A stretch of 64,000 bases of DNA from an uncultured Clostridium sp. (GTDB lineage: Bacteria; Bacillota; Clostridia; TANB77; CAG-508): the NCBI GenBank assembly GCA_945949485.1, contig CAMFER010000004.1, positions 1,535 through 65,534 on the forward strand. Direction: 5' to 3'. Position 1 is the stretch's first letter; every line of letters begins with the position of its first letter. The position numbers were made by a program, and so were the translations under genes. This document shows, one piece after another, positions 10,651 to 21,727 of the stretch. The notes below the pieces were generated by a model. That model was not told the DNA's origin. It saw nothing but the letters and a program-made list of their open reading frames with translations, and did not search any database.

Positions 10651-10775
10651 TTTTAATTGTGTAATTTCATTACTATACTCATTTTTTACTAAAAGATATT
10701 TTAATAGTTAAAAAATTATGATTAATCATTTACAAAAAATAAATAAGAGTTCCTAAAAGGAACTCTTTGGACAGT

Positions 10776-11438
10776 TTACTTTATTAAATTTTTAGTTGCA
10801 AGTTTGTTTTCATACATTGATGCATCTGCATGTTTGATGCATAAATCCACATCAATCTCATAGTCACTGTAATTAGTACCTATTGCAATACTTATAGGAT
10901 ATTCAGAAAACTTTAATTTCACTTCTTTACTACTGTTAACAATGTTCTCTTTTAAGTCATTTAATTGCTGTTTTGTAATATTTACTACAATAATTACAAA
11001 CTCATCTCCTCCGAATCTGTATGCATATACATTATAAGCAATAAACTTTTTTATTACATTTGCTAATGTTTTTATGCTTTCATCTCCCGCTTTGTGACCA
11101 AATTCATCATTAATTTTCTTAAGATTGTTCATATCTAAGAAAATAACTCCGATTGAATCACAGGAATTAAAATAGTCTATTTGGGAATAATAGCTTCTCT
11201 TATTATGAATTCCTGTCATTGCATCGATAAAAGCTTTCTCTTGATTCTCATTTACTAACATTTCCATTTTCCGAAGAACCGCTTTGTCAATCAGATAAGT
11301 ACAAATAATTGCAATCACTTCTACTACTATAAGAATCTCTGCAGTTTGAGCGAAACTATTATTTCTGGCCATATTATATATAGCTAAAACAATCATGCAT
11401 CCTATTTCGATTCCTAAAATTTTGATTCTTTCTCGCAT
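10776..11438 (-). CDS. Membrane-anchored diguanylate cyclase (GGDEF domain)
   Basis: Two N-terminal TM helices, then DAMTGIHNKRSY..GHKAGDESIK..RFGGDEFVII. It contains an in-frame CGG (11271-11273) that needs no shift. Confidence 0.8.
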   Translation of the reverse strand: MRERIKILGIEIGCMIVLAIYNMARNNSFAQTAEILIVVEVIAIICTYLIDKAVLRKMEMLVNENQEKAFIDAMTGIHNKRSYYSQIDYFNSCDSIGVIFLDMNNLKKINDEFGHKAGDESIKTLANVIKKFIAYNVYAYRFGGDEFVIIVVNITKQQLNDLKENIVNSSKEVKLKFSEYPISIAIGTNYSDYEIDVDLCIKHADASMYENKLATKNLIK

Positions 11439-11649
11439 TGTAGTATTCCTCCTGTCATTACATTAATAAAACTGTCTATAAAGGTAACATATTAATTATA
11501 ACATTTTAAGTGGTTTATGTCAATTTTTCGTTGCTTCTGATGTAATTAAATTCCATCTGTTAATTATAATTTTCATTATTACGACTTTTTATATTATCGT
11601 TTCACTAACATCATATATATTACTTCTCATTAATTCTTTCATATTTTAC

Positions 11650-12556
11650 TTATTAGCAATTTTATGAGATATCTTACCAGCATCTTTTAAAACATCTAAA
11701 TCATCAGCTAATAAAAATTTATCAATTCTAGTAAACCAATCTTCCATTGTCATAGTTTTATGTCTTTTAGCTCTTTTTTTGCTATAAGTACATCTGTTTC
11801 TAAAATTTTACCATTGGGAGAATGTTTCCAAGATGTAAGTCCCATATGTTCATTTTTTGAATCCGCTTTATTATATATAATTCTGCTACAATTAGATGCG
11901 AAACTGCATAATACATTTTATTTTGTACTTTTTTAAAAAATTAAATATTTGCCTTTCAAAAATTAGAGATTCAGCACTACTACTTCTATTCATTAAATCC
12001 TTAGGCAATATATTTCATCTCTTTTTTCTTTTTTATTAACTATTTTTTATCATAAGTCGTTATTACCTATCATTTTAGTAATTGGTTATTAGAAATTAAC
12101 TAAAAAATGCAAATAGTAATTATCAAGAATTCCTTGTAAAATAAATATTTGTAAAAGTTTTATCATAATGCGTTATTTCCCAGTTAATATTTGTTTTATT
12201 TTCATTCATAAAATCACTTCCTTTTAACATTTATTTTTAAAATTATCTTTCTTCATTTTTAAGTCGTTTTTATATATCTTCATTTAAATTAATTTCATAT
12301 TTTATTGGACATATGTTCCCTATAGGCTCAAGATTATATGTCTTTACATTTTTTTATTATCAACGTATGTTTTTTCGACGGTGTTATTTTCATCAGGCTC
12401 ACCACTGTTTAATATATTATTAATATGGTTTGTTATCGTACTTCTTCCTACATAGAATAATTCTGCTATTAAATTTTGATTACGCCATAGCTTATTATTT
12501 ATTAACATTACGCTAAGCTTAACATCGTTGTTTGAAACGCAATATAAAAAAATCAT
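11650..12556 (-). pseudogene. RhuM-family virulence-associated protein, multiply frameshifted
   Basis: The N-terminal fragment is ORF 12344-12556 (..WRNQNLIAELF..GRSTITNHINNI..GE.DENN). The middle (FFKKVQNKM..AEL..MGLTSWKHSPNGKILETDV) and the C-terminus (MTMEDWFTRIDKFL..AGKISHKIA) lie in other frames. Confidence 0.6.
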
Positions 12557-12653
12557 GATTGGTTATTTGTAAGCTTTTATCATGCAGATGTATTCCACTT
12601 TCTGATTTTTTATTTAAAATAAATTTACAATTCTATCTTTATCAATTAACCTT

Positions 12654-13580
12654 TTAATAATTTGTATTTCTACATAAATGATATGGTTTAACTATATTTT
12701 TTACATTTTTAGAATAGATAAATAAAAAATCATTAATGTCTATTGGCATTACATTATCTAATTTCTTTTTAATATATTCTATTACCACTATTTGACTTGC
12801 TCTAATTTCCACTTCATATTTTGAAGCAACTTCAATTTTGATTTTATTATCAACCAAGTCAGATAATTCTTTACTATATTCAATTATTCCTAAAGTTCTT
12901 AAAGTTTGTGGTATTTTATAGTCAGCACAACCAATCAAATTTGAATAATCTACTTTTTTATTTTCTAATTTTTCTCTAATATGCAAAATATCAGATGTTA
13001 ATAATTGAGCTAATTTATAAAAATAAATTGTCGTTCCATCATAAATTCTCTCATCTTTAAATGATTCAAAATTAATAACAATTATGTTAAATAGCTCAAA
13101 CGTCAGTTGTAGCATTGTAAATATATTTATAAAAATTTCCATTCATTTTTTCATTAACTACTTTTCGAATATTAAGAATTGTATTGTATCTTTTTTCTAA
13201 TAAAGGTATTTATACATTCCCCTTCAACATCTTTTTAAATTCATCAAAAGTCAAATTTATTAAATCCTTGGAACTATTTTTTTACATATTTTACCATATC
13301 ATATAAAAGTGCATCTGAACCATCTTTAACTCCTCTTTCTGTTTTAATAGCCATTTGGTTCTCCCCAAAACGAATAATCTATAGCTTCAAATATTAGTAA
13401 GAAATTAATTATCTCTTCTACATTTAAATCTAATAAATTATAAGGATTATACAATAGCCAATTTTTCAAATCATCACATTTAACATTTTTTATAAAATCA
13501 TTTAATTTATCATAATTTATTTTTACATGTTGACTATTTCTCATTACATATTCTGTACTTGATTTTATTTTACCAAACAT
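12654..13580 (-). pseudogene. Queuosine-salvage family protein (DUF2419), with frameshifts and an in-frame TAA
   Basis: The N-terminus (..LLIFEAIDYSFWGEP), the middle (AIKTERGVKDGSDALLYDMVKYVKK / NSSKDLINLTFDEFKKMLKGNV-TAA-IPLLEKRYN) and the C-terminus (FYKLAQLLTSD..GCADYKIPQ) are in different frames. TAA is at 13210-13212. Confidence 0.65.
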
Positions 13581-13804
13581 TTTGTCACAACCTTTTCAAC
13601 GTTTTATAGTAGTTATCTATTTGAGTATCTACCCCAGTTGATATTTGTTCTATTATGGCTCATTTTTCCATATTTCTATATTAACATAAATCTTGAATTT
13701 TATCAATACAAATGTATGTCTTAAGCTTATAGTTTATAAAATTAAAAGATAGAATTTACTTCTATCTTTTAATTTCTAATTATTTACTTGTTTTATTTTA
13801 TTAA

Positions 13805-14293
13805 TTACATAGTTCTATAATTATTCTTGTCTGCTCTATCATCAAACTCTCTATCAAATTCGTCATTTTTATAAAACCAATCAGTCTTCTTATCTACTGG
13901 ATTAGCTTTTCTACCTTTATCTACTAATAAATCAATAAGTACAGCTACTGCTAAAATTACACCTACTAATGAAACTACTATGTCTGTATATTGTCCTATA
14001 TCAAGTATTGAATTTGATGTTACTCCTATTATTGTACTTATTCTACTTATTATATTTGTTCCAAAGTATAGGCCATAAGATAAAGCGTAAATTAATCCTC
14101 CAATTAGTTTTCTTTTTGCAACCAAAATAATACAAACTAATACAACAAATAATAAAATAATTTCAAGTTGACTATTTAATGGTGTTATTCCACCAAAATC
14201 AAGATTTAGTTGAGCCATTAAAGCAACTATTACTCTAAATACCCAAAACATAGCCATAAATAATACTACCAACCATGTTGAAAAGTTTTTCAT
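13805..14293 (-). CDS. Hypothetical integral membrane protein (4 TM)
   Basis: Hydrophobic segments throughout and a charged C-terminal tail. Confidence 0.5.
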   Translation of the reverse strand: MKNFSTWLVVLFMAMFWVFRVIVALMAQLNLDFGGITPLNSQLEIILLFVVLVCIILVAKRKLIGGLIYALSYGLYFGTNIISRISTIIGVTSNSILDIGQYTDIVVSLVGVILAVAVLIDLLVDKGRKANPVDKKTDWFYKNDEFDREFDDRADKNNYRTM

Positions 14294-14423
14294 TTGTAAT
14301 TCCTCCCCTTATATCTTACAATATTTATTACATAAAATAAAAAAGATATACTTAAAATATTTATTAATTTAAGTATACCAATTTTAAAATAATTTTACAA
14401 GTAATTATTTAATTTTAATCATA

Positions 14424-14732
14424 TTAATCAACAAAATCGAAGTCATCTTTAAATTTTTCTTTGAATATTTCAAATACTTTATTTAAAACTGTTTCATCTT
14501 CAATGCTTACATATGATTCTTCATCAGAATTTTCATCATCAGAATCTTCTACTTTAAGTATTACTACTTCTCCTTCTTCTTCTTCACCTTCTGCTGTTAC
14601 TGGTAATAATACAACATATTCTTCGTTATCTAATTCTACTAAATCTAAAAATTCAAATTTTACTTCATTTCCTTCTTCATCGTTTAAAATTACGATATTA
14701 TCTAATTCTTCTCCTTCATAATTTTCGTTCAT
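14424..14732 (-). CDS. DUF1292-family acidic protein
   Basis: IVILNDEEGNEVKFEFLDLVELDNEEYVVLLP is the typical DUF1292 pattern. It sits next to ruvX, as in many Firmicutes. Confidence 0.7.
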   Translation of the reverse strand: MNENYEGEELDNIVILNDEEGNEVKFEFLDLVELDNEEYVVLLPVTAEGEEEEGEVVILKVEDSDDENSDEESYVSIEDETVLNKVFEIFKEKFKDDFDFVD

Positions 14733-14789
14733 ATTTTTTCTCCTTTCAATAATTTATAAATTATATATTCAATTCATAAATATAATAAC

Positions 14790-15230
14790 TTATTTTGAAT
14801 TATTTTGCAATGAATTTTTCAATTTATTTAAATAAGTTTCTAAAATGTATACTGCAGATATTGTATCTACAATACCTCTTTTTTTATGCTTATTTACATC
14901 TAAGAAATTCATTGTTTTGTGTGCTTCAACAGTTGTAAGTCTTTCATCAATCGTATCTATCTTTTTATCATTATATTTACATTTTAATTTATGGACAAAT
15001 TTTTGTGTTACTTCTGCCCTTTGAGAAATAGATCCATTCATATTATATGGCATTCCTACTATAATCGTATCTACATCATATTTTGCAAATATTTCGTCTA
15101 ATCTTTTTAGTACAATTTTATCAGATCCATTTCTTTCTATTGTTTCTAGTCCTTGTGCCGTAATATTTAATGGATCTGTTATTGCTATTCCAACTCTTGA
15201 TTCACCATAATCTATTCCTAATATTCTCAT
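14790..15230 (-). CDS. ruvX: Holliday-junction resolvase-like nuclease RuvX/YqgF
   Basis: MRILGIDYGESRVGIAI..IVGMPYNMNGS..DERLTTVEA. Confidence 0.9.
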   Translation of the reverse strand: MRILGIDYGESRVGIAITDPLNITAQGLETIERNGSDKIVLKRLDEIFAKYDVDTIIVGMPYNMNGSISQRAEVTQKFVHKLKCKYNDKKIDTIDERLTTVEAHKTMNFLDVNKHKKRGIVDTISAVYILETYLNKLKNSLQNNSK

Positions 15231-15231
15231 T

Positions 15232-15489
15232 TTACTCTTCTTCTATTCCTATATAATTTTTTACCATTTTTTCTAATAATTCGTCTCTTTCTATAGTTCT
15301 AATTTTATTTCTTGCGTCTTTATGGCTTGTTATGTATGTTGGATCTCCTGATAATATATATCCAACTATTTGATTTATAGGGTTATATCCTTTCTCTACT
15401 AAAGCTTCATAAACCTCTTTTAAAACATCTTTACACTTAACATTTTCATCTCTTTCAACTTGAAAATGCATTGTTTTATCAAATTCCAT
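15232..15489 (-). CDS. IreB/UPF0297-family regulatory protein
   Basis: [36 protein letters not shown]. Conserved position upstream of ruvX. Confidence 0.8.
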   Translation of the reverse strand: MEFDKTMHFQVERDENVKCKDVLKEVYEALVEKGYNPINQIVGYILSGDPTYITSHKDARNKIRTIERDELLEKMVKNYIGIEEE

Positions 15490-15511
15490 ATTTCATTCCT
15501 CCTTACTTTAT

Positions 15512-16642
15512 CTATATATTTGTTATATCACTTTCATTTTTTTCAGCAGTATCTAAATATTCTTCTTCTTTTTTTAGTACTTCTTCTAATCCTGTACCTT
15601 TATAATATGATGATATAACAAAATTTAACTTAGGACTTACAACTTTTGTTTCTTCTATTTTTCCTTCTTTTGATTTCACTTCTAAGTTCATATCTCTCAT
15701 CTCATCTTCTGTCAAGTAGATTTTCATGCCTTCTATTTTATCTTTTATTTCATTTAAGAAATCTGCAACTCCATCTACTTCTACACCTGAAAATGCAATT
15801 ACAAATTTTGGTCCCATATATCTTACAAAAACATATTCATCAGAAATATTTTCTTTTACAACTTTACTTATTTGTGTTATTACTTTATTTCCTAATTCTC
15901 TACAACCTTCTTTGTTTATTTGTTGTATATTTATAATTTTGAACATACAAATTGTTGACATTGTATATTGATCTATAATTTTCTTTCCTTCTCCATATAG
16001 ATATTCTTCTGAATATAATCCTGTAAATAAGTCTTTTCTTACTATTGTTTCTAAAGTCTTTTGATGAACTACTGTTTTTAAAACTGACACTATATTTTCT
16101 TTGATAACTTCTAATACTGTAGTATCTACATTATCAAAATCATGTGCAGTTCCACTTTCTATTATCCAATAACCAATATATACATTATCTATGTATAAAG
16201 GGAAAAATATAGCTGATTTAGCTCTTCCAAATTCCATTTTCTGATATGGTAATTTTTCATTATCATTGTTTACTGTGACATATTTTGGTGTAGCTGTTTC
16301 TATACTATCTTTAAACATATCAACTTCATGTAAAGACTTCAATGCATCCCAATGTTTTGAATCAACATTTGAAGCTTTTATTTTGTATTCAGCCCCATCA
16401 AAAACTACTATTGTTGAATATTTTATTTCATATCTTTCAATTAAAATGTCATTTATCTTTTTTATTTTTTCCTCAACAGTAGAGGTCTCACCTATAGCGT
16501 TCATAAAATCTTGAACTACATATAGGTTAGTTATTTTTTGGTTCATATTTCTGAATTTTTGTATTTTTTTATGTATTGTTACATTATATACAATTAGCCC
16601 TAATACTATTAAAACTAATATTGCAACTACTGCTATTATCAC
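15512..16642 (-). CDS. Membrane protein with a GAF-like domain and a degenerate GGDEF-like domain
   Basis: N-terminal TM. DLFTGLYSEEY resembles the GGDEF-domain start, but the active-site position reads RYMGPKFVIAF instead of R.GGDEF. Confidence 0.5.
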   Translation of the reverse strand: MIIAVVAILVLIVLGLIVYNVTIHKKIQKFRNMNQKITNLYVVQDFMNAIGETSTVEEKIKKINDILIERYEIKYSTIVVFDGAEYKIKASNVDSKHWDALKSLHEVDMFKDSIETATPKYVTVNNDNEKLPYQKMEFGRAKSAIFFPLYIDNVYIGYWIIESGTAHDFDNVDTTVLEVIKENIVSVLKTVVHQKTLETIVRKDLFTGLYSEEYLYGEGKKIIDQYTMSTICMFKIINIQQINKEGCRELGNKVITQISKVVKENISDEYVFVRYMGPKFVIAFSGVEVDGVADFLNEIKDKIEGMKIYLTEDEMRDMNLEVKSKEGKIEETKVVSPKLNFVISSYYKGTGLEEVLKKEEEYLDTAEKNESDITNI

Positions 16643-16661
16643 TTAAATTTCCCCCTTCTGT

Positions 16662-18971
16662 TTATTGGTTAAAATTTTTCTTCATCTGATCTAATGTATT
16701 GTTTATTGTAGGTGTAAAACTGTTCTTTTCTATAGATGGTGGTCTATATGAATTATTTTTACCTCCTCCGACTGTAGCTATTGGTTTATAAACCATATTA
16801 GCTAATTCTTTTAAAGCTTGCAAGAAATATTTTGAATATCCTTTTAAAGAAATTTCACATTCAATAATTCCTTCTAGATATTTAATATATGTTTCTTCTT
16901 CAAACGGAATTGAGACATATTTTATTAGTGTTCTATCAAACAATTCTGTCATAAAAGACATTGATGGGTCATTATAAAACGCCATTCCTCCAATTATTGC
17001 TTTATCATTTACTCCTCTTATTTTCACTACTTTATTTAATATAATTCTTAATTTTTTCTCATCTAAAACATTTTTTGCTTTTAGCTCTCTTAAAAAAGCA
17101 GTAAGAGGTTGTATTGTAAGAACATCTAAACTTTGAACTAAATATGTTTCTTGTGATTCTTTAAAATATCCTATTGGTGTATCAAAATCACAATCAATTA
17201 ATATTAATGTATGTTTTGTTAACAATGTCTCTAATATTTTACCCACATTATATATTATTTCTGTTTCTTCTGGTAAAGATGTATATACTGTTAAATTCTT
17301 ATTTACTGATATTCCCTCTGCTATTCCATTTACAAGCCCTTGCATACTTCTTTCAGCAATATTTCTTAAATCTTCTTCGTTTTTTGTATAAATATAATAT
17401 GAATTTCTATTCTTTGTAGTGTCTAATATTGCAACATCTACTCCTGATGAAGATATTTGTTCAGCTAAATTATTGACAATAAAAGACGTACCATTTTTAC
17501 TTGTTCCAACAAATGTAACAATCTTTTTATCTGGAGTTAATAATCTTTCTAAATCAACTGTTTCCTCATAGTTGCTTTCAACTGTAACTCTAGGTGAATA
17601 AGTTGTTTCATTTTGATAGTTATTTTCAAAAGTATTTTGTGATGGTATATATGAATTTTGTGATATACTATTATATTCATTAAATGTTTCTGTACTTTCT
17701 GGTTCTTCTAATCCTGGTAGTACTGATGATTCTTCTGTATTTAAATTATCCACTTCTTCAAAACCAGGTAAAAAATTATTATCACTATCTACTGAAACAT
17801 TTTCATTAATAACTTCATCTTCAAATCCTGGTAATGTTACTGTTTCTTCATCTTCTTGAATTTCAGGAAGTTTTGCTGCTTCCTCTTCAATAACTTCTGG
17901 TAGTGGATTCTTACGAGGTCTTCCTCTTCTTCTTTTTACTTGAGTATTTTCTGTAGCTACTGGTATAGGATTTTTACGAGGTCTTCCTCTTCCTCTTTTT
18001 ACCGGTGTTTGAACCACTTCTTCTACTATTTCTTCTTTTTGTTCTGGAATAATTCTTTTTTCTTGTATGCTTTCAAGTTCTTTACTTTCTTCTGTTTCGA
18101 TTTGTTCTTCTTCTGGTTTTTGTCTTGCCAATTTTCTTGTTCCTTTCATATTAACAGATGACGGAATAACAACTGGTTTTGACATTATTCTTTCTCTATT
18201 TTTAGGAGTTAATAAAGTTTCACTTGTTCCTTCTTCTTTGTTTTCCTTAACCCTTAAAGTATTTGAAACAGAATTATTAAATGACATTATTTGTTGATAC
18301 TTTGGAGATTTTTCTTCTAATACAGCTCTTACATTTAATGGCAAAAATTTACTTATTATACGTAACTGTGTATCGTTATATTGTGCTGCTATATTATTAA
18401 AACTATCTATATATCTATCTTCATTTTTCCCTAGTCTTTTATAATGTGCTAAAATGTTTTGTATCTCCATTTCACTAACATCATTTTCATTTTCAGCTTG
18501 ATAGTTTACATCTTCAGAATCAATCTTATAATAGATTTTAGCTTCTTTCTTTGAACGAGGTCTATTTATCAATTTGCAAACCTCGTCAATACTTCTATCA
18601 CTACCAATTACAGCATTATATATTCCTATTCCAAATAATTTAACTAAAATCTCCTCTGATTTTGTTCTTCTATCAGAGCAGATTAATATAATTGGTATAT
18701 CATTACCTCTAGAATTTGATGCTTCATCACTTATACTATCTAATTTTTCAAATATAAATTTGTCAATTTGATCATATTGAGTATTAGTAAAAGCTTCTAA
18801 ATCCTCACTAATTACTATTCTATCATAACTTTTATCTTTTTGTATTTCTTTTAATATTGCATTAAAGTAATATACGTTTTTATAAGAAATAATTTGTTTA
18901 TATTCTTTTTGATATTTTTTTACTACTGATTCTGATATCTCTTCATTACTTACAGCAAATAAGACTTTCAT
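16662..18971 (-). CDS. 769-aa protein: receiver-like N-domain, acidic/low-complexity linker with two AT-hook motifs, and a C-terminal ParA/MinD-like domain with a degenerate P-loop
   Basis: The N-terminus is CheY-fold-like (MKVLFAVSNEE..RIVISEDL..PIILICS). KRGRGRPRKNP and KRRRGRPRKNP lie at about 17895-18010. The C-terminus reads KKIVTFVGTSKNGTSF..ILDTT..LILIDCDFD. Confidence 0.5.
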   Translation of the reverse strand: MKVLFAVSNEEISESVVKKYQKEYKQIISYKNVYYFNAILKEIQKDKSYDRIVISEDLEAFTNTQYDQIDKFIFEKLDSISDEASNSRGNDIPIILICSDRRTKSEEILVKLFGIGIYNAVIGSDRSIDEVCKLINRPRSKKEAKIYYKIDSEDVNYQAENENDVSEMEIQNILAHYKRLGKNEDRYIDSFNNIAAQYNDTQLRIISKFLPLNVRAVLEEKSPKYQQIMSFNNSVSNTLRVKENKEEGTSETLLTPKNRERIMSKPVVIPSSVNMKGTRKLARQKPEEEQIETEESKELESIQEKRIIPEQKEEIVEEVVQTPVKRGRGRPRKNPIPVATENTQVKRRRGRPRKNPLPEVIEEEAAKLPEIQEDEETVTLPGFEDEVINENVSVDSDNNFLPGFEEVDNLNTEESSVLPGLEEPESTETFNEYNSISQNSYIPSQNTFENNYQNETTYSPRVTVESNYEETVDLERLLTPDKKIVTFVGTSKNGTSFIVNNLAEQISSSGVDVAILDTTKNRNSYYIYTKNEEDLRNIAERSMQGLVNGIAEGISVNKNLTVYTSLPEETEIIYNVGKILETLLTKHTLILIDCDFDTPIGYFKESQETYLVQSLDVLTIQPLTAFLRELKAKNVLDEKKLRIILNKVVKIRGVNDKAIIGGMAFYNDPSMSFMTELFDRTLIKYVSIPFEEETYIKYLEGIIECEISLKGYSKYFLQALKELANMVYKPIATVGGGKNNSYRPPSIEKNSFTPTINNTLDQMKKNFNQ

Positions 18972-18974
18972 TTG

Positions 18975-19385
18975 TTACCCCCTTCCAAATTTTACAAACA
19001 CAGCAAATGCTAATGGTAAGATTTGGCATATTATTAATATAGTTACAAAGGTTACTATTAATCCCATACCTTTTTCCAAAGTATCCAATTTTCTGATACC
19101 TATAATATATTGATGTATTGCTCCTATTGCAATTCCTAAGAAACATAATGGAATACTATATATTCTAACCAAATTTAAAATATATGCAACCAACCCATAG
19201 ATGTCAGATCCATATTTTTCTTGATAGTCTGCTAAAGAATTTAATACATCTGATTTTATTTGAACAAGTTGACTTTCTGTCATCTCATCTATTGCTGCTT
19301 CTTTTGCATAAACTGTACTAAAACACAAAAATGTCCCTAATACTATCAATAATACTGTAACAATTATTGCTATTTTTTTCATCAT
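18975..19385 (-). CDS. Hypothetical small membrane protein with a signal peptide
   Basis: Signal-like N-terminus and three hydrophobic segments. Ends 4 nt upstream of the start of 16662-18971. Confidence 0.5.
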   Translation of the reverse strand: MMKKIAIIVTVLLIVLGTFLCFSTVYAKEAAIDEMTESQLVQIKSDVLNSLADYQEKYGSDIYGLVAYILNLVRIYSIPLCFLGIAIGAIHQYIIGIRKLDTLEKGMGLIVTFVTILIICQILPLAFAVFVKFGRG

Positions 19386-19482
19386 TTTTTGCCCCTTTCT
19401 AATTTCTTTCTAATGGCATTTTCTCTAATAATTTCTATACTTTAATATCATACAATAAATCATAAAAAATATCAAGGAATTT

Positions 19483-20775
19483 TTACAATTTATTGTATAA
19501 ATATTTCATATGTGTATATACTGCATTTGCCCAGTTTTTATCTGTTGCATATTTATTATTAACTCCTGTTAATGTTGCCCCATTATAATATGAACCTGTA
19601 GCAGTTTCTCCACCATATATGCTAGTTCCTTTAGGATTCAAATAATATTTAACAAATACCCTTGCTAATAAGTCTATACTTTCTGAATAATCTGTAAAAG
19701 TGTATGCTCCATTATATGGATTTGAATCATATGCACCATATCCAAATAAATTGTATTTTTCTTGTGCGATTTTTGAAGTTCCCCAGTTGCTTTCATGTAT
19801 TCCAACCGCTGCAACAAATATACCATTTATATTATATTGTTTTTCTATGTAATAAAAATACTCTGCATTTTGACTAAAAATATTATTTTTATCCTTACTA
19901 TCTGTTAATACTTTTTTAAATTGTTCTAAACTAAGTCCACTTGGTTTATTTAACTTCATATCAAAACTTAGTGTTGATAAAAGTTCTTGTCTCCCTTTGC
20001 TTTCACCAGAAGATGTAGTTCCAGTATTTTCTTCATATTTTTCATTAGGATTTAAGTTTGTAGTAGCTTCTTTTTTTACATATCCAGTAATATCATTAGA
20101 TGTGATTTTATACCAATCCCCACTAATTCCTGCTATTTTCATCTCATTATTTTGATTTAAAGTCGCTACTTTAGTTGAAGATTCATTTGGTTCTAACATT
20201 ACTGATAATCTATCTGATGTAACATATATTGTATCTCCTACTTTGGCAGTATAATTATTTTTATAATTACCTGTTCCAACACTTACAATTTTGTTAATTG
20301 CAGCTTTTGTTATTTTACTTGAAACTTGTTCTTCTGATATTACTTCATTGTTTTCATTATATGTCTTTTTAATAACAACTTCTTGTTTCCCTTCTCTTCC
20401 TTCTTGCACAACTTGAATAGTACCTTTAGGTAATTGTGGATTATTGTTATATTTTGTTATATATTCTAGTTCTACCTCTTGTGCTGAATATTCTTCCTTT
20501 CCAGCTAAATTTTCTTCTATTATTTTATCAAGATTTACTTCTTCAGCTTGGCTTATATTTACCTCTTCATTATTCTCTGGAATAGAATCAGTAGCATAAA
20601 CATTATTTTTTCCAAAATATAAGTTATAAAATATTGCTATGTATAATACAATAGTAATAAATGCAAAAAAAGTAATTATATTTTTTATATTCAATTTAAT
20701 ATGCTTTCTTTTTTTATCTTTTGATTTCATTTCATCACCTAACACAATTTTACCTTTTTCATCATTTTTTGTCAA
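19483..20775 (-). CDS. Cell-wall hydrolase: TM anchor, G5 domain, SH3b domain and a GH73 N-acetylglucosaminidase domain
   Basis: G5 pattern LPKGTIQVVQEGREGKQEV. SH3-like segment ..GDWYKITSNDITGYVKK. The C-terminus, GIHESNWGTSKIA..YNLFGYGAYD, is a mannosyl-glycoprotein endo-beta-N-acetylglucosaminidase motif. Confidence 0.8.
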   Translation of the reverse strand: MTKNDEKGKIVLGDEMKSKDKKRKHIKLNIKNIITFFAFITIVLYIAIFYNLYFGKNNVYATDSIPENNEEVNISQAEEVNLDKIIEENLAGKEEYSAQEVELEYITKYNNNPQLPKGTIQVVQEGREGKQEVVIKKTYNENNEVISEEQVSSKITKAAINKIVSVGTGNYKNNYTAKVGDTIYVTSDRLSVMLEPNESSTKVATLNQNNEMKIAGISGDWYKITSNDITGYVKKEATTNLNPNEKYEENTGTTSSGESKGRQELLSTLSFDMKLNKPSGLSLEQFKKVLTDSKDKNNIFSQNAEYFYYIEKQYNINGIFVAAVGIHESNWGTSKIAQEKYNLFGYGAYDSNPYNGAYTFTDYSESIDLLARVFVKYYLNPKGTSIYGGETATGSYYNGATLTGVNNKYATDKNWANAVYTHMKYLYNKL

Positions 20776-20875
20776 TTTTAATTTTTGGAAATTAAAAACC
20801 TGAAGGTTTCCCTTAAATCTCTTGATTTTATTTTATTTTTGTAATATTATATAGACATTCACAAAGGAGGAATTT

Positions 20876-21694
20876 ATGAAGAAAAAAGAGCATTTTGATA
20901 AAAAGAAAATAATATTAACAATTATTACTTTAATATTGTTTTTAATTGTTATCTTTCTTGGTTATTTAGTACTAAATAAGTATGTATTAAAAAATAATTT
21001 TGAAAATTCTATACTTCCTTTTGCTAATAAAAACGAAAACACAATTTTCACAATTGATAAAATAGTATTGTTTAGTGGTGCTGATAGTAAGACAAAAAAC
21101 ATAGCAAGTTCTAACTATACTATAGAAAACTTATATCAATACACTGATATCGCTTTATTTGTATCTAGCAATACCACAGAAAAAAATCTAGAAAATACTT
21201 TTAAAAGAGTTTGGATTGATAATATAAAATTTAATACTACTCCCTCTTTGGGAGATGCAAAACTATATTTTAAAAGTATAAATGATTTCTCAAAAAGCAC
21301 TTTTGATGAAAATAACATCATACAAGACTCTCTAGAATTTAATGTGGTTTCAGATAATGAAACAGATTTGTCAGAACCAAATTTATACAATAACTTAGCA
21401 AATCCAATTACATTAACATATGTTAATCAAAACATAAAATCTGATTATACAATTACAGATACATCTAGCCCTATCACTTATGATGGTTCACTTCTAAAAA
21501 AATGTAATGTTTCATTAGATTCTATAAATTCTAATATTTCTTTTGATGTTAATGTAATTAATAATTTAGATCAAGAATTTAAATGTACTGCTTTTATTGA
21601 CATTCCATTAACAGATGATAATAATAAAACTATATATGACGGCAACATTAATATTAAGAAAGATACTAATTTTATCTTTTACAGATATAAATAA
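20876..21694 (+). CDS. Hypothetical membrane-anchored exported protein
   Basis: GGAGG RBS, an N-terminal TM helix and an Asn/Ser-rich ectodomain. Confidence 0.5.
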   Translation: MKKKEHFDKKKIILTIITLILFLIVIFLGYLVLNKYVLKNNFENSILPFANKNENTIFTIDKIVLFSGADSKTKNIASSNYTIENLYQYTDIALFVSSNTTEKNLENTFKRVWIDNIKFNTTPSLGDAKLYFKSINDFSKSTFDENNIIQDSLEFNVVSDNETDLSEPNLYNNLANPITLTYVNQNIKSDYTITDTSSPITYDGSLLKKCNVSLDSINSNISFDVNVINNLDQEFKCTAFIDIPLTDDNNKTIYDGNINIKKDTNFIFYRYK

Positions 21695-21727
21695 AAATAA
21701 AATATTTTAAATAATAGGAGGATTAAA

